A stretch of 64,000 nt of DNA from the human T2T-CHM13v2.0 reference genome, Homo sapiens (GCF_009914755.1 NC_060927.1); one strand, 5' to 3'. Counted from the first letter of the stretch, positions 41,270-56,438 are shown. Made by a program: numbers and translations. The notes: a model not told the origin generated them from the letters alone.

Positions 41270-42010
41270 ATAACTTAGATCCATATCTTACACTTTGCAT
41301 GAGCATAAATACAATATGGATAATATATGTGAAATAAAATTATAAAAATTCTTGTAAGAACACATATTCTCTATAGACTTGGGGATGAGATATGTTTTCT
41401 AGTTTTGGCTCAAAATACTATAGCTGTAAAATATATGCTTGATAGTTTTTCCGAAAAAGAAGAAATAGCATGAAAAGAAAAATAAAGAGGAAGAAGAGGG
41501 GCATAGAAAGAGGAGGACAAAAAAGAAGGAGAGAAAAAGGAAGAAAGACAACATAAGTAAAGTCAAGGTAAAATAAAAATCTGGGGAAATATTTAAAATT
41601 TATATAGGAAATAATAAATCAGACGCTATAATACAACAACATAAATTAATAAAATGACCAAAAGGGACAAACTATATTAATAGTTCATAGAAAAGGGGCT
41701 CTTAAACATACAGAAAAATAGGCGATACCACAATAAGAAAATACAAATAAAAACTGTCATTTTAAAAATTATTTTGGCAAGGTTGTGTAGTAACACAAAT
41801 TCTCAAACATTATTGTTGTTATTCTAAATTTTGTGAGCCCTGTAGAGAGATACTTGGCAATATCTACTCTAATTTCTATTTCCAAGAACTTATTATATGT
41901 ATAACTTGAACTGACAAAAACGATATATGTAATATATCAAAACACTGTAATAGCAAAAGATTGAAAACCCCTCAAGTGTTCATCAATACAGATTGCTTGA
42001 ATGGATTGCG
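41270..42010 (+). mobile_element. Decayed old L1M(E) 3' fragments
   Basis: gatccatatcttacac; gtaatagcaaaagattgaaaacccctcaagtgttcatcaata. Confidence 0.5.
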
Positions 42011-42053
42011 TGGATTACAACACAATCATTTAACTCTATAGAGTTGAATGGAA

Positions 42054-42249
42054 ATAGGTGTCTTTTCCCCAATTTATGTTTTTGTTTGCTTTGTTAAAGA
42101 TTAGTTCACTGTAAGTATTTGGCTTTATTTCTGGGTTTTCTGTTCTGTTCTACTGATCTACGTATGATTTTTTATACTGCTACCATGCTGTTTTGGTTAT
42201 GATAACCTTGTAATACAGTTTGATGTCAGGTAATATGATGCCACCAGGT
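42054..42249 (-). mobile_element. Isolated antisense L1PB ORF2 fragment (inverted homolog of 43568-43761)
   Basis: Reverse complement aligns by eye to 43568-43761. Confidence 0.85.
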
Positions 42250-42542
42250 CACATAATGTGATGCCACTTTGATATGGTAAGATTTCAAAGTATATATAAT
42301 TTACTGGATTTGTATTACAAGGAAATATAATAAGAACCTATGTTACTATTTCCTTACATATGTTTAAGAGAATCCTACAAGGGTACATATGTCACTAGAA
42401 CAATGGCTATACTGAAGAATGGTAAGTGGAGGTCAGAAGTTGGCCTGTGTGGGTGGTACAAAATGGGAATGGATACTGTTTATTTCATATTGACCTGTTT
42501 ATAATTTTCAAACAATATTTTTAATTTAAAATATTATGTTAA

Positions 42543-42872
<330 letters not shown>

Positions 42873-42994
42873 ACTGTGTGAAAGTTATTTTGCCTTTATC
42901 CTTTCTATTAAATATTCTTTATTTATTTGGATTTAACCAATTTAGTCACAGTATATTTTCTTTAACTTAAGCTGTTTAGACCTTTATTCTGATA

Positions 42995-42996
<2 letters not shown>

Positions 42997-43029
<33 letters not shown>
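42997..43029. repeat. (TG)n microsatellite
   Basis: Visible directly in the sequence. Confidence 0.97.
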
Positions 43030-43031
<2 letters not shown>

Positions 43032-43302
43032 CTGCTTGAAGCAAGGTAGGCACACTCCTACTAAGGGATTTAACAAATCCCTTCTGTCCCTTGGTGAATT
43101 TACCAAGCCAAGAGTTCAGCTTACACACTAAGAAATTTCACTAATTCAGTATACCAATAGTTAACTTATCATTCAGCCAGGAACATACCCATATTTTCAA
43201 AGATCATAAGATTATAATATAAAATGGGAATAATAATTTATCTCCTTAAAATAAGATGTATTACCACATAGCAATAGAAATGTCCAAGTTAGTATATACT
43301 TC

Positions 43303-45391
43303 TGCTATGGTTTGCATGTATGCCCCAAAACTCATATGTCGGAAACTTAATCCCCAATGCAACAGTGTTGAGAGATGGAATCATTAAGGGATAATTGGGT
43401 CATGAAAACTCTGCCTTCATGCATAGATTAATGAAGTTATTAGGGAGTGGATTAAGTATTATGAAATTGGGTGCCTGAAATTAGAAAACACAATCCTAAA
43501 ATTTATATGCAACAACAACAACAAAAAACGCCTGCATAGCCAAAGGAAGACTAAACAAAAAGAGCAAACCTGGTGACATCACATTACCCAATTTCAAACT
43601 ACATTACAAGGCTGTAATTACCAAAACAGCATGGTACCAGTATAAAAAACATGTAGATCAATAGAACAGAACAGAGAACCCAGAAATAAAGCCAAATACT
43701 TACAGCCAACTGTTCCTTGACTAAGCAAACAAAAACATAAATTGGGGAAAAGACACCCTATTTAATAAATTTTGCTGAGAAAACTCGCTAGTCACATGTA
43801 GAATAATGAAACTGGATCTCTGTCTCTCACCTTATATAAAAATCAACTCAAGATGGATCAAATACTTAAATCTAAGACCTGAAATCGTAAAAGTTCTAAA
43901 AGATAACCTTGGAAAACTCTTCTGGACATTGGCCTAGGCAAAGAATTTGTAACTAAAACCCCAAAAGCAAATGCAACTAAAACAAGAATAAATAAATGAA
44001 ACCTGATTAAACTAAAAGGCTTCTGCTCAGCAAAAGAAATAATCAGCAGAGTAAAAAGACAACTCACAGAATAGGAGAAGATATTTGCAAAGTATGCATC
44101 TGACAAAGGACTGGTATCCAGACTCTACAAGGAACTCGGACAAATCAGCCAAAAAAATAAAAAATTAAAAATTTAAAAAAAATCCTATCAAAAAGTGAGC
44201 AAATGACATTAATAGACATTTCTCAAAAGAAGATATACAAATGGCCAACAAACATATGAATAAATGCTCAACAGCAATAATCAATAGGGAAATGAAAACT
44301 AAAACCACAATGAGGTACCACCTTACTCCTACAAGAATGGCTTTTGTTAAAAAGTCACAGTGGATGTTGGAATGGATGTGATGAAAGGGGAATGCTTATA
44401 CACTGCTAGAATGTAAATTAGTACAACCACTATGAAAAAGAGTATGGAGATTTCCTAAAGAATTAAAAGTAGATCTGCCAGTTGATTCAACTGGGTATCT
44501 ACTCAAAGGAAAATAAGTCATTATATGAAAAAGACACATGCACAAGTATGTTTATTGCAGCACAATTCACAGTTGCAAAGATATGGAACCAACCTAAGTG
44601 CCCATCAACCAACGAATGGATAAATAAAATGTGATATATATATGTATACCATAGAATACTACTTAACCATAAAACAAAACAAAATAATGTCTTTTGCAGC
44701 AACTACAAAGGAGCTGGAGGTCATTATTCTAAGTAAAGTAATTTAGGAATGAAAAACCAAGTATTGCTTGTTCTCACTTCTCAGTGGGAGCTAAACTATG
44801 AGTATACAAAGGCATATAGAGTAATATAATGGGCTTTCAAAACTCAGAAGGGGGAGAGTGGGAAGGGTGTGTGGGATAAAAACCTACGTATTGGGTACAG
44901 TTTACACTACTCAGGTGATGCATACACTAAAATCTCAGAATTCACCACTATATGATTCATCCATGTAATCCAAAACCACTCAAACTGCAAAAGCTATTTA
45001 AACAAAAACAAAAAAAGAGCAAAAAATAAAATATTAAAATAAAAAGAAACTGCTTCTACATTTGGGCCATATTGAGGATGGTTTTCTCCACCTCAAAGTA
45101 ATATAAATATAACCTACAAAAAAAAGTATGAGTTTGGCTCCTTTCATCCCTCTCTCTCTCTCTCTCTCTCACCCCCCACCGTCATTTCTCTCACTGTCTG
45201 TCTCGTGTGTGTGCCCTCTCTTTACTTTTTACCTTTCACTATGGAATAACACAGCTCCAAGGTTCTCACCACAAATGCTGATGCTATGCTCTTGGACTTC
45301 TCAACTTCCAGAACTGTGAGACAAATTTTTATTCATTATAAATTAACCAGTCTTGGTATTCTGTTATAGCAGCACTAAATGAACTAAAATA
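43303..45391 (+). mobile_element. MSTC/MSTD MaLR LTR split into 43303-43476 and 45126-45391 by L1PB4; TSD acttc/actcc
   Basis: 5' tgctatggtttgcatgt...cttaatccccaatgcaacagtgttg; 3' ccagaactgtgag...gttatagcagcactaaatgaactaaaata. Confidence 0.85.
43477..45049 (+). mobile_element. 5'-truncated L1PB4 (ORF2 3' end, 3'UTR, A tail)
   Basis: 3'UTR actcagaaggggga...cactaaaatctcagaattcaccactata...aaagctatt is typical of L1PB4. Confidence 0.9.
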
Positions 45392-45756
45392 ACTCCTTAC
45401 ATTTAGTTGGTCAATTTTCACTGAGTATAGACCCTAAACATCCCTTATATCTTTCAACTTTTGTCTGTCTCTAATGTAAACACTGTAATCTAGCAGGTCA
45501 CCATCACTGCTCCTTAGTACAACTTTTACATTTGCATCCTTGGGTCCTTGTTTTTGACAGATTTCTAAATTGAAATTTTATCATATAACTCTCATGATTA
45601 GAAACCTTTAATATATTTATACTGTAATAACAATAATGTCTATATATCTTAACTTAGTTTTTAAAATACCAGAATGATTTGATTTCTACCTGCCTCCCTC
45701 CCTAGCCTTATTCTTCATAAGTCCCTACCACCTTGACGCTCTCTACTTCAAAACAC

Positions 45757-48530
45757 TGATGGTTTTACTGCAGAATTCTACCAAACTTATAAAGAGGAAT
45801 TAATACCAATTATCCCCAATCTATTAAAAAAATAAAGAGAAAGGAATTATTTCTAACTCATTCTATGAGGCCAGCATTAGCCTGATACCAAACCCGGATA
45901 AGGAGACAACCAAAAAAAGAAAACTACAGGCCAATGTCTCTGATGAAAATAGATGTAATTTCCTCAACAAACTACTAGCTAACTGAATGAAATAGCATAT
46001 CAAAAACATAATAAATTATAATCAGGTGATATTTATCCCAGGGATGCAAGGATGGTTCAGCACATGCAAATCAATAAATATGATGCATCACGTCAACAGA
46101 ACAAAGAATAAAATCCATATAATCATCTCAATAGGCACAGAAAGCATTTGACAAAATTCAACATTCCTTCATGATAAAAAGTCTCAACAAACTAGGCATA
46201 CAAGAAATATACTTCAATATAATGAAGGCAGTCTAGGACACACCCACAGCTAATATCATACTGAATGAGGAAAGGCTGAAGACATTTTCTCTCAGAACTG
46301 GAAAAAGACAAGGACACTTATTTCAACACTCCTATTTAACATAGTACTAGAAGTCCAAGCCAGAGTAATCAAACAAGAGAAAGAAATTAAAAGTGTTCAG
46401 TTGGAAAAGAGAAAGTCAAATTGTCTCTCTTTGTAGATGACATGATGTTATATTTAGAAAAACCTAAAGACTTCACCAAAAACCTCTTAATATCTGATAA
46501 ACAAATTCAGTAAAGTTTCAGGATACAAAATGAACATAGAAAAATCAATATCATTTCTAAATTACAATAATGAATTAGCAGAAAAATAAATGAAAGACAA
46601 TCCTATTTGCAATAGCTTAAGAAAAACAGAATAAATTTAATCACGGAGTAAAAGACCTCTATAAAGAAAACTACAAAACACTAATAAAAGAAATGGAAGA
46701 GGACACAAAAGAATGGAAAAACATTCCATGCTCATGGATCAGAAGAATTAATATCATTAAGATGACCATATTACTCAAAGCAATCTACACATTCAATGCA
46801 ATCCCTATCAAAATATCAGCAACATTTTCACAGAAATTATAAAAGACAATTCTAAATTTTGCATAAATTGACCATAAAAAAAACCCATACAGTCAAAGCA
46901 ATCCTGAGCAAATATAGCAAAGCTAGAAGCATCACACTATCTGACTTTAAAATATATTACAGGGCTATAGTAACCCAAACAGCATGGTGTTAGTATAAAA
47001 AGAGGTGTATAGACAAATGGAATAGAATAGAGAACCCAGAAATAAATGAACACACCTACAGTGAACTCACTTTTTACAAAGGTGCCAAGAAGATACACTG
47101 GAGAAAAGACAGCCTCTTCAAAAAATGGTTCTGGGAAAACTGGATATGCATGAAACTATACCCCTGTCTCTTACTATGTATAAAAATCAACTCAAAATGG
47201 AGTAAAGACTTAAATCTAAGATCCAAAACCATATATCTACTAGAAGAAAATATTGGGAAAACACTCCAGGACATTGCACTAGACTAAGATTTTGTGACTA
47301 AGACCTGCAAAGAAAAGGAAATCAAAGCAAAAATAGACCAATGGGATTATATCAAGCTAAAGAGCTTCTTAATCAAAGGAAACAATCAACAGAATGAAAA
47401 GAGAACCTGTTGAAGTGGGAGAAAATATTTGCAAACTATTCATTAGATAAGAGACTAATATCCAGAATATACAAGAAATACAAACAACTCAACAGCAAAT
47501 AATAATAATAATCCCATTAAAATGTTGGCAAAGGACATAAACAGATATTTTTCAAAAGAAGTCACATAAATGGCCAACAGAAATATGACAAAATGCTCAT
47601 CGTCACTAATCAGGGAAATGAAATTGAAAACATAATGAAATATTATCTTACTCCAGTGTGAATGGCTATTACTAAAAGGCAGAATATAATGAATGCTGAT
47701 GAAGGTGTGGAGAAAAGAAAATTTTATATATTGTTGGTGAGAATGTAAATTTGTACAGTCATTTGGAAAAAAAAGTGTGGAGATTTATCAGAAATACTAA
47801 AAATCAAACTATGATCCAGCAATCTCATTACTGGGTATTTATCTAAAGGAAAGAAAATTAGTATATCAAAATAATATCTGCACTCCCATGTCTATTGCAG
47901 CACTATTCATAATAGCCAGGATGTGAAATCAACCTAAGTATGCATCAACAGATAAATTGATTTTTTTAAAAAAGTTGTATAGATACACAATAAAATACTA
48001 TTTTGCCACAAAAATAATAAAATTATATAGTTTGCAGCAACATAAATGGAACTAGAAGGCATTATGTGATGTAAAAGAAGCCAGGCCCCAAAAGACAAAT
48101 AGCCAAAGTTCTCATTCACGCGTGGGAGCTAAAAACATTAATCTCATGGAGATGGAGAATAGAATAATAACTAACAGAGACTGGGAAGGATGTTGGTCAG
48201 GGAAGGGGAGTGAAGGGAAGTTGGTTAATGGATACAAATATACAATTAGAAGAAAGGAATTCTAATGGTCAATAGCAGAGTAGGGTGACTATACTTTGTT
48301 TTATTGATAAAATTTATTTTTGTAAAATACATTGCTAACAACATGTATTGTCTATTCAAAATATCTAGATGAAAGACCTTGAAATGTTCCCAACACATAG
48401 AAATGATAAATGCTCAAGGTGATTGATATCCTAAACAGCCTGACTTAATCACTGCATATCCTATGCATGTAAAAAAATACTGCATGTACACCATAAATAT
48501 GCACAAATATTATGTGTCAACAATTTTTAA
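45757..48530 (+). mobile_element. 5'-truncated L1MA4-like element, flanked by L2-like sequence
   Basis: ORF2 RT region; 3'UTR atagcagagtagggtgactata...tgttcccaacacatagaaatgataaatgctcaaggtga. Confidence 0.88.
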
Positions 48531-49120
48531 GAAATATTAATTTTCTTTTAGTTTATTGAATGTGTTGTGCTCTTTCTCAACTCAGGATCTTTGCATATGT
48601 TCTTACACCCTCTTAGATGAGTGACTTTCCACACTCCTTCCCCTTCACTTGGATAACTATCTTTTCATTTTAGCTTAATGAAATTTCTTTGAAGAAGTAC
48701 TCCCTTCTTCCATTTTAAATATATAGATATGTTATGTCCCTGACATAATTTCCCCCATAAGATCCTTAGCTCTCTTGCATAACAGTCATCACACTTTATT
48801 GCAAGTGCTTCTCTAATTGTCTGTGTTCCTCAATAGAGTGTAAACTCAAGGAGGATGGGGATGATGGCAGTATTTCTTACTTTTTTTTTTCTTATCATCT
48901 AACATAATTTTGGACAATGTAAAAGGCTCCTAAAATATTGCTGAGTGAGGAAAGAAGTCCTCTTAGTATTGATTTCTAATTCTACAATGATAGCTTTAAT
49001 GGCTCTATGAGGTGGATAACTTGAAGTCGGCATGAGAAACACGTTTCCTCTATAGTAATTGATGTTAATTGACCTCCCATGATAATTCATATTATGATCA
49101 GGAATCTAGAGATTGGACAG

Positions 49121-49494
49121 TTTGTTAGTCCGTTTGGGTTGCTATAACAACCTACCATGAACTGGGTAGTTTTGTAAGTAACAGGAACATATTTGTTGCA
49201 GTTCCGGAGGTGAGGAATTCCAATATCAAGGCACTAGTAGATTTAGTTTCTGGTGAGTACCCACCCTCTGGTTCATAGATGGCACCTTCAAATTTTAACT
49301 GTGTCCTTTCATGGTGGAAGGGGCAAAGGAGCTCTCTGGAGCCTTTTATCATAAGAGAACTAACCCTATTCACGAGGGCTCCACCCTTAGAACCTAATTA
49401 CCTCCTAAAGGTCCCCACCTTCTGATATCATCACATTGGTGATTAGGTTTCAAAACATGAATTTTGGGGAGACACAAACATTCAGATCATAGCA
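49121..49494 (-). mobile_element. MLT1A0 MaLR solo LTR, 5-bp TSD gacag
   Basis: ttagtccgtttgggttgctataac...cacaaacattcagatcatagca. gacag at 49116-20 and 49495-99. Confidence 0.9.
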
Positions 49495-50491
49495 GACAGT
49501 AAACAGGTCAATGAAATAAATGGATATTAAAGACATCTGGTAAAATACTCTGATGCATTTATCTGACCACAGGGACACTCAACAATGAATCTCCAACATG
49601 CCAGACCACTGGCGAAAGTCCTTTATTTTCTCAATAGTATTTAGAATGGCCTAAAGAAAGTTTAATTCTGTGATTTTATCTGTCACAAATACTTTATGTT
49701 TTAATTATTAATTAAATCATTTCTGGTCGACATATTATTTCTTTAAATACACTAAAATTATTGTTTTATTATCAGAGGCAGCCTGCTTTATATCCCAAAG
49801 AGCCAGAGAGAATACTATACTTTGCACTTGACTTTCCTGACACATACACAAGGTAAATAATTGATTAACAAATTAATTAAAAGAAACACTGTTGAGAATA
49901 AGAAAAAAGTTACTTAGATATTAGATGTAAAACATCATGAAATTCAAGATCATATAGGAAGTTTTGTAGAGGTATAAACACCTAGTGTTCATTCTTAGAT
50001 ATTTTTACTGAGTAAATAAAATAATTTTCAAGAGATTTATGGAAATCAACAAGTTTAAAAAACAGATTATTTGATTTCTTTATTTTCTCCTTTTACTTAA
50101 TGAATATAATATCACGAGAGTAGATGTTGCACATTTTTACTTTTATAATCTTACTGTAAGATTCTATTGATTTGCTATGTTGGGAAACAGTTATTTCCTT
50201 AGACAAAATATGTTAGATTTCAATGTTTGCAGTAGAGTTTATGTTTGTATAGGTACAGATTTATTTACATGAATGCATATGAATAGATATTATTCCCCAG
50301 ATGCAGAATAGCAAAGTTTGTTATGTCCCTGAAGGCCTGACTCTAATCTCATCTTTACTAGCAACACATTCGTGTCAGACATTTCACACAGTATTTAAGT
50401 TTAAAATCTACAAAACAGATGAACACACTGCATTGATTTGAAGACTATCAAAACTATATTGTGCAAAACTTCTAACATCACTGAAGACAGA

Positions 50492-50789
50492 TTTTTTTTT
50501 TTTTTCTGAGACAGAGTCTCACTTTGTTGCTCAGGCTGGAGTACAGTGGTGAGATCTGGGGTCACTGCAAACTCTGCCTTTTGTGCTCAAGTGATTCTCC
50601 TGCCTCAACCTCCTTAGTAGCTGGGATTGCAGGTGCCAGCCACAACACCCAGTTAATTTTTGTATTTTTAGTAGAGACAGGATTTCACCATGTTGGCCAG
50701 GCTTGTCTTGAACTCCTGTCCTCAAGTGATTTGCCTGTCTATGCCTCCCAAAGTGCTGGGATTACAGGTGTGAGCCACCACACCCGGCT
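50492..50789 (-). mobile_element. AluSz/Sx, TSD ctgaagacag
   Basis: Antisense Alu; ctgaagacag at 50481-90 and 50791-800. Confidence 0.94.
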
Positions 50790-51504
50790 CCTGAAGACAG
50801 TTTTAATTAAACTTTAATGAATAGCTTTAAGCCACAAGTTCCATAACTTGAATTTTCTTTATAACCAATACATAGATATCCATACAAATTTGAAAGTTGG
50901 TAAAATTATGTCAAAAAGCAAAGTGGTAGCTTATTAAAGACATAAATGTCTTGTCTTGTTGACTGAAGAGTTTTCTATTAGATGCAGGGTGTAAATACCA
51001 ATTTCCAGGGGCTTTTAAAATATATATTTAATTGAACATGTACTTATTTTATATTCTCTTTGCATTAGGTACTGTGTAAGAAACTAAAGATTACAGGAGT
51101 AAATAAGGCAAATAGTCTCATTCCTCAAGAAACTTAGAGTCCAGTGTGTAACACAATTGTTAAATAAAGTCATAAAATATGTGATCTTTCATGATTGATT
51201 TTTTCACTTAGCAGAATGTTTTCAAGTTTTACTCATGTTGTATCATGTGTCAGTTCTGTTTTTGCTTTTTATTTGCCATTTTGCTATTCCATTGTATGGA
51301 TATATCATATTTTGTTACTAGGATTCTTGCTGTGGCCATTGGTAGAAGCATCCGTACTATGGAGTGTAAGACATAGAACCAAAGAACTGAGAGTTGTAGG
51401 AGAGAGAAACACAAATTCTCCCAGTAATTTCACTAGGAATGATAAAGAAATAAGGCCACTCCAACTTCCACTCTGTGGTTCTTTTTTGAAATAATTTGTA
51501 TCTA

Positions 51505-51595
51505 TGTATTTTTTTAAACTGTTATTTTAGGTTCAGGTGTATATGTGCAGCCTTGTTATATAGGTAGACTCATGCCATGGGGGTTTGTTGTACCA
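51505..51595 (-). mobile_element. About 90-bp L1PA extreme 3' fragment
   Basis: ttttaggttcaggtgtatatgtgcag...ttatataggta...gggggtttgttgtac. Confidence 0.75.
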
Positions 51596-51599
51596 TGTG

Positions 51600-52925
51600 A
51601 TTCTTGAACTCATGTGTTCAACCTATTAGAAATACAGTAACATATAATGTTCATCGATTTAAGAAAGTTTAAGGAAGGTATACATTGTATCTTGTAGGAT
51701 GGCTTCCTATACTCTCAGGGTCTGAGCTCCAAGGTTGCAAAAGCCTATTTCATTTTGTCGACCGGCAGCTTCTGAGCATAATATGTGAAGAGGCTAATGG
51801 ATTTTACGGTTATATAACCACTGTTGAACCTCCTTTGCTGTAAATCGTATCACTCTCTTGAATGAAATATAATGTAGGAATCTATGTTGCTCAATCAAAC
51901 ACTCTGTAAGCCTTTGCGTGGTGATGCTGAGGCCATGTGGAAAGAATAAATGAATATATACTCTGAATATTGGTTGATTTCTACCAAGATAATTTGCTTT
52001 TCACCCCAGGATAGATGAGATCAGTGTAATCAGTCCATCACCAAATGACTAGTTGGTCTTCGTAAGGGATGGTGCCATTGTTGGTCTATATTGTTGAAAA
52101 TTTTAGTTATTTGGCAGTAGCAGTAACTCAATTGGCTTTGATGAGATAGAATTTATGCTGTTGAACCTATTTACAGGTTCCATTCCTTCTGCTATTGGCT
52201 ATTGTATTAGTATTTTGGTGGGTCATGACAGTGTTTGGCTGGTATCAACTGCTTGTTAATCCGTCTACTTGGCTATTTGAGGAATCGTCAGTGGTGGATA
52301 CCCTTTAAACCTGTTAATATATGATAAAAAGATCTTCATACTGTGTCTCTGAATGGACCTACTTACATCTCTCTTCCCATGAATTCCTTGTTTGAAACTT
52401 TCTAATTTTATTTTCTTTAACATCACTGACCAATCAGTAAAGACATTTGACACTTGCCATTAATTGCTGTATATGTTTGCCTCCTGCCACATTTTTAGAC
52501 ACAAAGTAAATGACAACATGTATCTTACAAAGCTCTAGCGTTCGGGAAGATTTTACTCACTGCTGCCTTTCAGGGGCTGTAGTGTTGGAGAAGTTTCCTG
52601 TTGTACTCGCATCTGAGCAGACTGTTCTGTGAACAAAGCCAGCCTTTTTTTATCCTACATCAGTTGGCCATAAGGGATATCCTTCTTCCTGACATGTAGC
52701 AATAAGCAGGAGCCAAAGAATAAATGCGGAAGTGATAATGGTGTGCCCTCTGGGCCATCTGCTCGTGCATCTTACTTGTGCCCCTTGACCCTGTTCTTGT
52801 CAGATCCCAGATGTTCCATTTCCATCTTATGATGGATTGCTGTTGGGCCTGCACAAGTTTATGATTTTGTGTATCTGACATAAACCAAAATTATAAAGAA
52901 TTGTTCTGGCTGCATAGTCACAATA
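51600..52925 (-). mobile_element. Ancient ERVL-class internal (pol connection/RNase H/IN) relic
   Basis: ORF 52660..52881(-), SDTQNHKLVQAQQQSIIRWKWNIWD...GTSKMHEQMAQ, resembles ERVL pol SHKVGHAQQHSIIKWKWYI...GTSKLHEEVAQ. Confidence 0.8.
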
Positions 52926-53009
52926 TGTCCCTCCTTCTATATCATGTCCCAGTAGGAATCCAAGACCTATTATTTGAGTGGCCTATTCTGTGCTGGAAAA
53001 GGCACTGTC

Positions 53010-53910
53010 ATGCATGTCACTTATTGGGATGTACTCTCAGAAACAATATCTGTAAAAGATGAACAAAGCAAGATTGGTCAGGGAAAAGAGTTAAACTGTG
53101 ATGATGTTACAACAGTAACCTCAGTTAATCTCTCAGGGAACTCTGAGGCTTAAATGGCTGTCTAGAGATACCACAAAATGAAGCAAAAGCTTTAGTCTTT
53201 GTACCTTGAATCAACCGATTGTCAGAAGCTGCCCCTAAAGAGAGCTTTACCCTTGAACAAATCATTTTGCTGTGAGACATCAGTAAACAACTCTCAGCAT
53301 CTGGAGAGATGAGTTCCTGGATTCTGAGGTAGACCTGGGTGGTCCACCAAAACCTTGGCTGCATGTGTTCTTCCTAACTAGTCGTGTTTTAAAACACTGA
53401 TAAGCTCAAAGATGAAGAATAAACTTTACTGTTGATATTTGATGTTTCTTTCATTTCTATTGCCTTTTAAAATTTCTGGGTATGGTGTAAGCTCTTGTAA
53501 AGGTTTCAGTTGTTCTGTCTTTGAAATTCTCAAACTTTCCCCACAACTATTAAGGAACTGTTGCCAAGAGAAACCAGCGAGAATGTTTCGAAAGCAGGAT
53601 AAGGAAGAAAAATAATCCCAGCAAGAGTGTGATTCAGACAAACTTCCACAGAGTGTGATTCAGGTAGTTCCTCCTGATCCTGGGGGATGACTTTGGGTAA
53701 ATTATGCTACAGATGATGGAACTAGACTTTTGAAGTTTCACATCCTGCAGTCATTGGTCAACTGGAGCATAAACTTCCAGGCTTCTTGCTTTTCACTATA
53801 AGGATAAGCAGATCCAGCAAACTTTGTACCATACACTAAAGAAAATCAATGATGTGGGCCAGAAAAGGCAATGGCACACACAAAAAGGAGAGGGACACAG
53901 TGTAAGAGTC

Positions 53911-53943
<33 letters not shown>

Positions 53944-53995
53944 GATAGAAAGGAATCTGGACTGAAGACAACAATGTCAGCTACAGGGAGTGATG
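53010..53995. mobile_element. Decayed ERVL LTR pieces (LTR33/LTR16-like), probably two
   Basis: gcaagattggtcagggaaaagagttaaactgtgatg...ggaactctgaggct...ctttgtacc; cagtcattgg...cataaacttccaggc. Confidence 0.5.
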
Positions 53996-54528
53996 TTGGA
54001 GTATACACTAAAAATACATTTTTTGTGTGTAACCAAAGCTACCTGTATTTCCTTTCTCTTTTCACTTTCTAGCATTTGGGATTATTAAAACACTCAATTA
54101 TTCCCACTTTTTAATATTGATCAGGGCGATTGCCTGTCTTCTCCTTTTGCTTAGAATGCTTCACTTTTACTTTTTTCCAAGATGATGCAGAAAATTAGCG
54201 TTATTTTGCTTTTGATTCAACTTATTGATTTTGGAAATTGGAGAACACATGTGAGATATTTTTGGTGTTAAAATGTCAAGTAAAGGTCTGAACTATTTGG
54301 AAACATTTCAGTTTTCATGTTCAATAGATAAGATGCCAAGAACTCACAATAGAAGATGAGGGTTTTGAGAACAGTCACCTCTAATTAGGAGAGAATATCG
54401 TATTTGTAGGCTGATTTCTTCCATATCTCTTGCTAATATTTTTTTCTGCTTGACTTAGCATGTCTCTTATTATAGTATTTGGAGGATAATGGAAATTGGA
54501 TTAAGGCAGCAAAATGCTGAAATGGGAG

Positions 54529-54533
<5 letters not shown>

Positions 54534-54571
<38 letters not shown>
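54534..54571. repeat. (GT)n microsatellite
   Basis: Visible directly in the sequence. Confidence 0.97.
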
Positions 54572-54572
<1 letters not shown>

Positions 54573-56127
54573 CTTTTATGTGTTTTAGTAAAAAAGTAGT
54601 TCTTTAAACTGTGTGAGAGATTCCATAGCCTTGTTCCCATTAAGTAGCAAACACCAGGGCTTATACAAAATGTTCTATAATGTTTCAGGTCAAGCTAAAG
54701 CTATTTTCTCTTTCTTATCTTAGAATTCCAAATGTTCATGAAGCCACAAAAAATACGATGGAGTCCTAATGCTTTTATCAGGATAACAAAAGTACAGTTT
54801 TCTTTTTAAAGCCTTTTACCAACCAGAAAGCACATTTATGGTCATTTCTCAAATCATTTTTCACTTTCTGTCTTTAGCACACAGTTGTCATTTAACAAAT
54901 CAATTAATAAGCTACATAAAAAAATACATTTATGAGCTGAATATATACATATTCATTTCGTGTATGAGTATGTTGCAGTTTTTAATAAATATTTTCTGAA
55001 GAGCATATCTTAACATACAGCTTTTTCAATTAAAGTCTTCAATAGATTTTAATTGCTTTCAGAAAAAAAATGATGACCTTCCATGATATAAGCAGGCATT
55101 TCCCCACCTAGGCTTTGCCTGTCTCTACAACTTCTTTTAACACTTTTTCGTATGTGATCCAACCATCAGCTAAACCGAGAAACTTTTCACAAGTATTTTG
55201 ATGATCATACTCTCTTCTATGTGTATTTTTTATATGACTTTTTTTTTTCTAAATTTTCACTTTTTTACAGTGTATTACTCTAGTGACTCCTGTGCTTTCA
55301 GAACTTACGCCAATATTTTTCCAAAGCTTTCTCTAACTGTTTTCTTTCCAGGAGGAGTTAGGATTTCTCTTCCATTCTTCTCTGTGTAATGTCAACATTG
55401 CACATACTCCGCTGTATTACATGTGTTGATTTACTTGTTTCTCTCTCATATTATAATTTATCAGAAGTTACTTACCAAGTATTTACCATATCTCAGTCCA
55501 AGTATTAAAGATACAATGATGAATAAAGTAATCCCTATTCTCTAGTAGCCCCCAAAGAAAAAAACAATTTATACGGTGATATAAGTATTAAAAAGGAGAT
55601 ATGCAAAAGAACCATGATAACACAGATGACTAATAACTTGGGAGAAAATAGTAGTTTGGGAAGATGATAAAGGAAGGAGGAATAAACTGAATCTGGGCTT
55701 TGAGTAATGAATAGAACTTTTCTAGACTGAGTTCAGAGTGGGGGTGGAAATAATATTCCACACAAGATCAGAATAATCAAAGGAAAGTAAGTATAAAATT
55801 TTATAGTGTTTCTAGATTAAATAATAACTTGCATGCATAATGAAGTTAAAGCTATGTGCAGTGAATAAGGTTTCTTTTTGTTTAATTTTTTCCTTTCTTT
55901 TATAATGTTAATACATTTATTTTTTGAAATAGTCCTTTTAAAAAAAAATTGGTAATTAAGAAAAGCACACACAAATGGAGTGCATTAAAACAGCCACTAT
56001 GCTGTCATTCCAAAATAAACATTGATTACATTTGGTGACCATCATTTCACTCTTCTAAATCATAAGAATATTTGTGTGGGGTATGGGGACACAAGGAGTA
56101 GGAGGGAGACTTTTATAAGAATGAATA

Positions 56128-56438
<311 letters not shown>

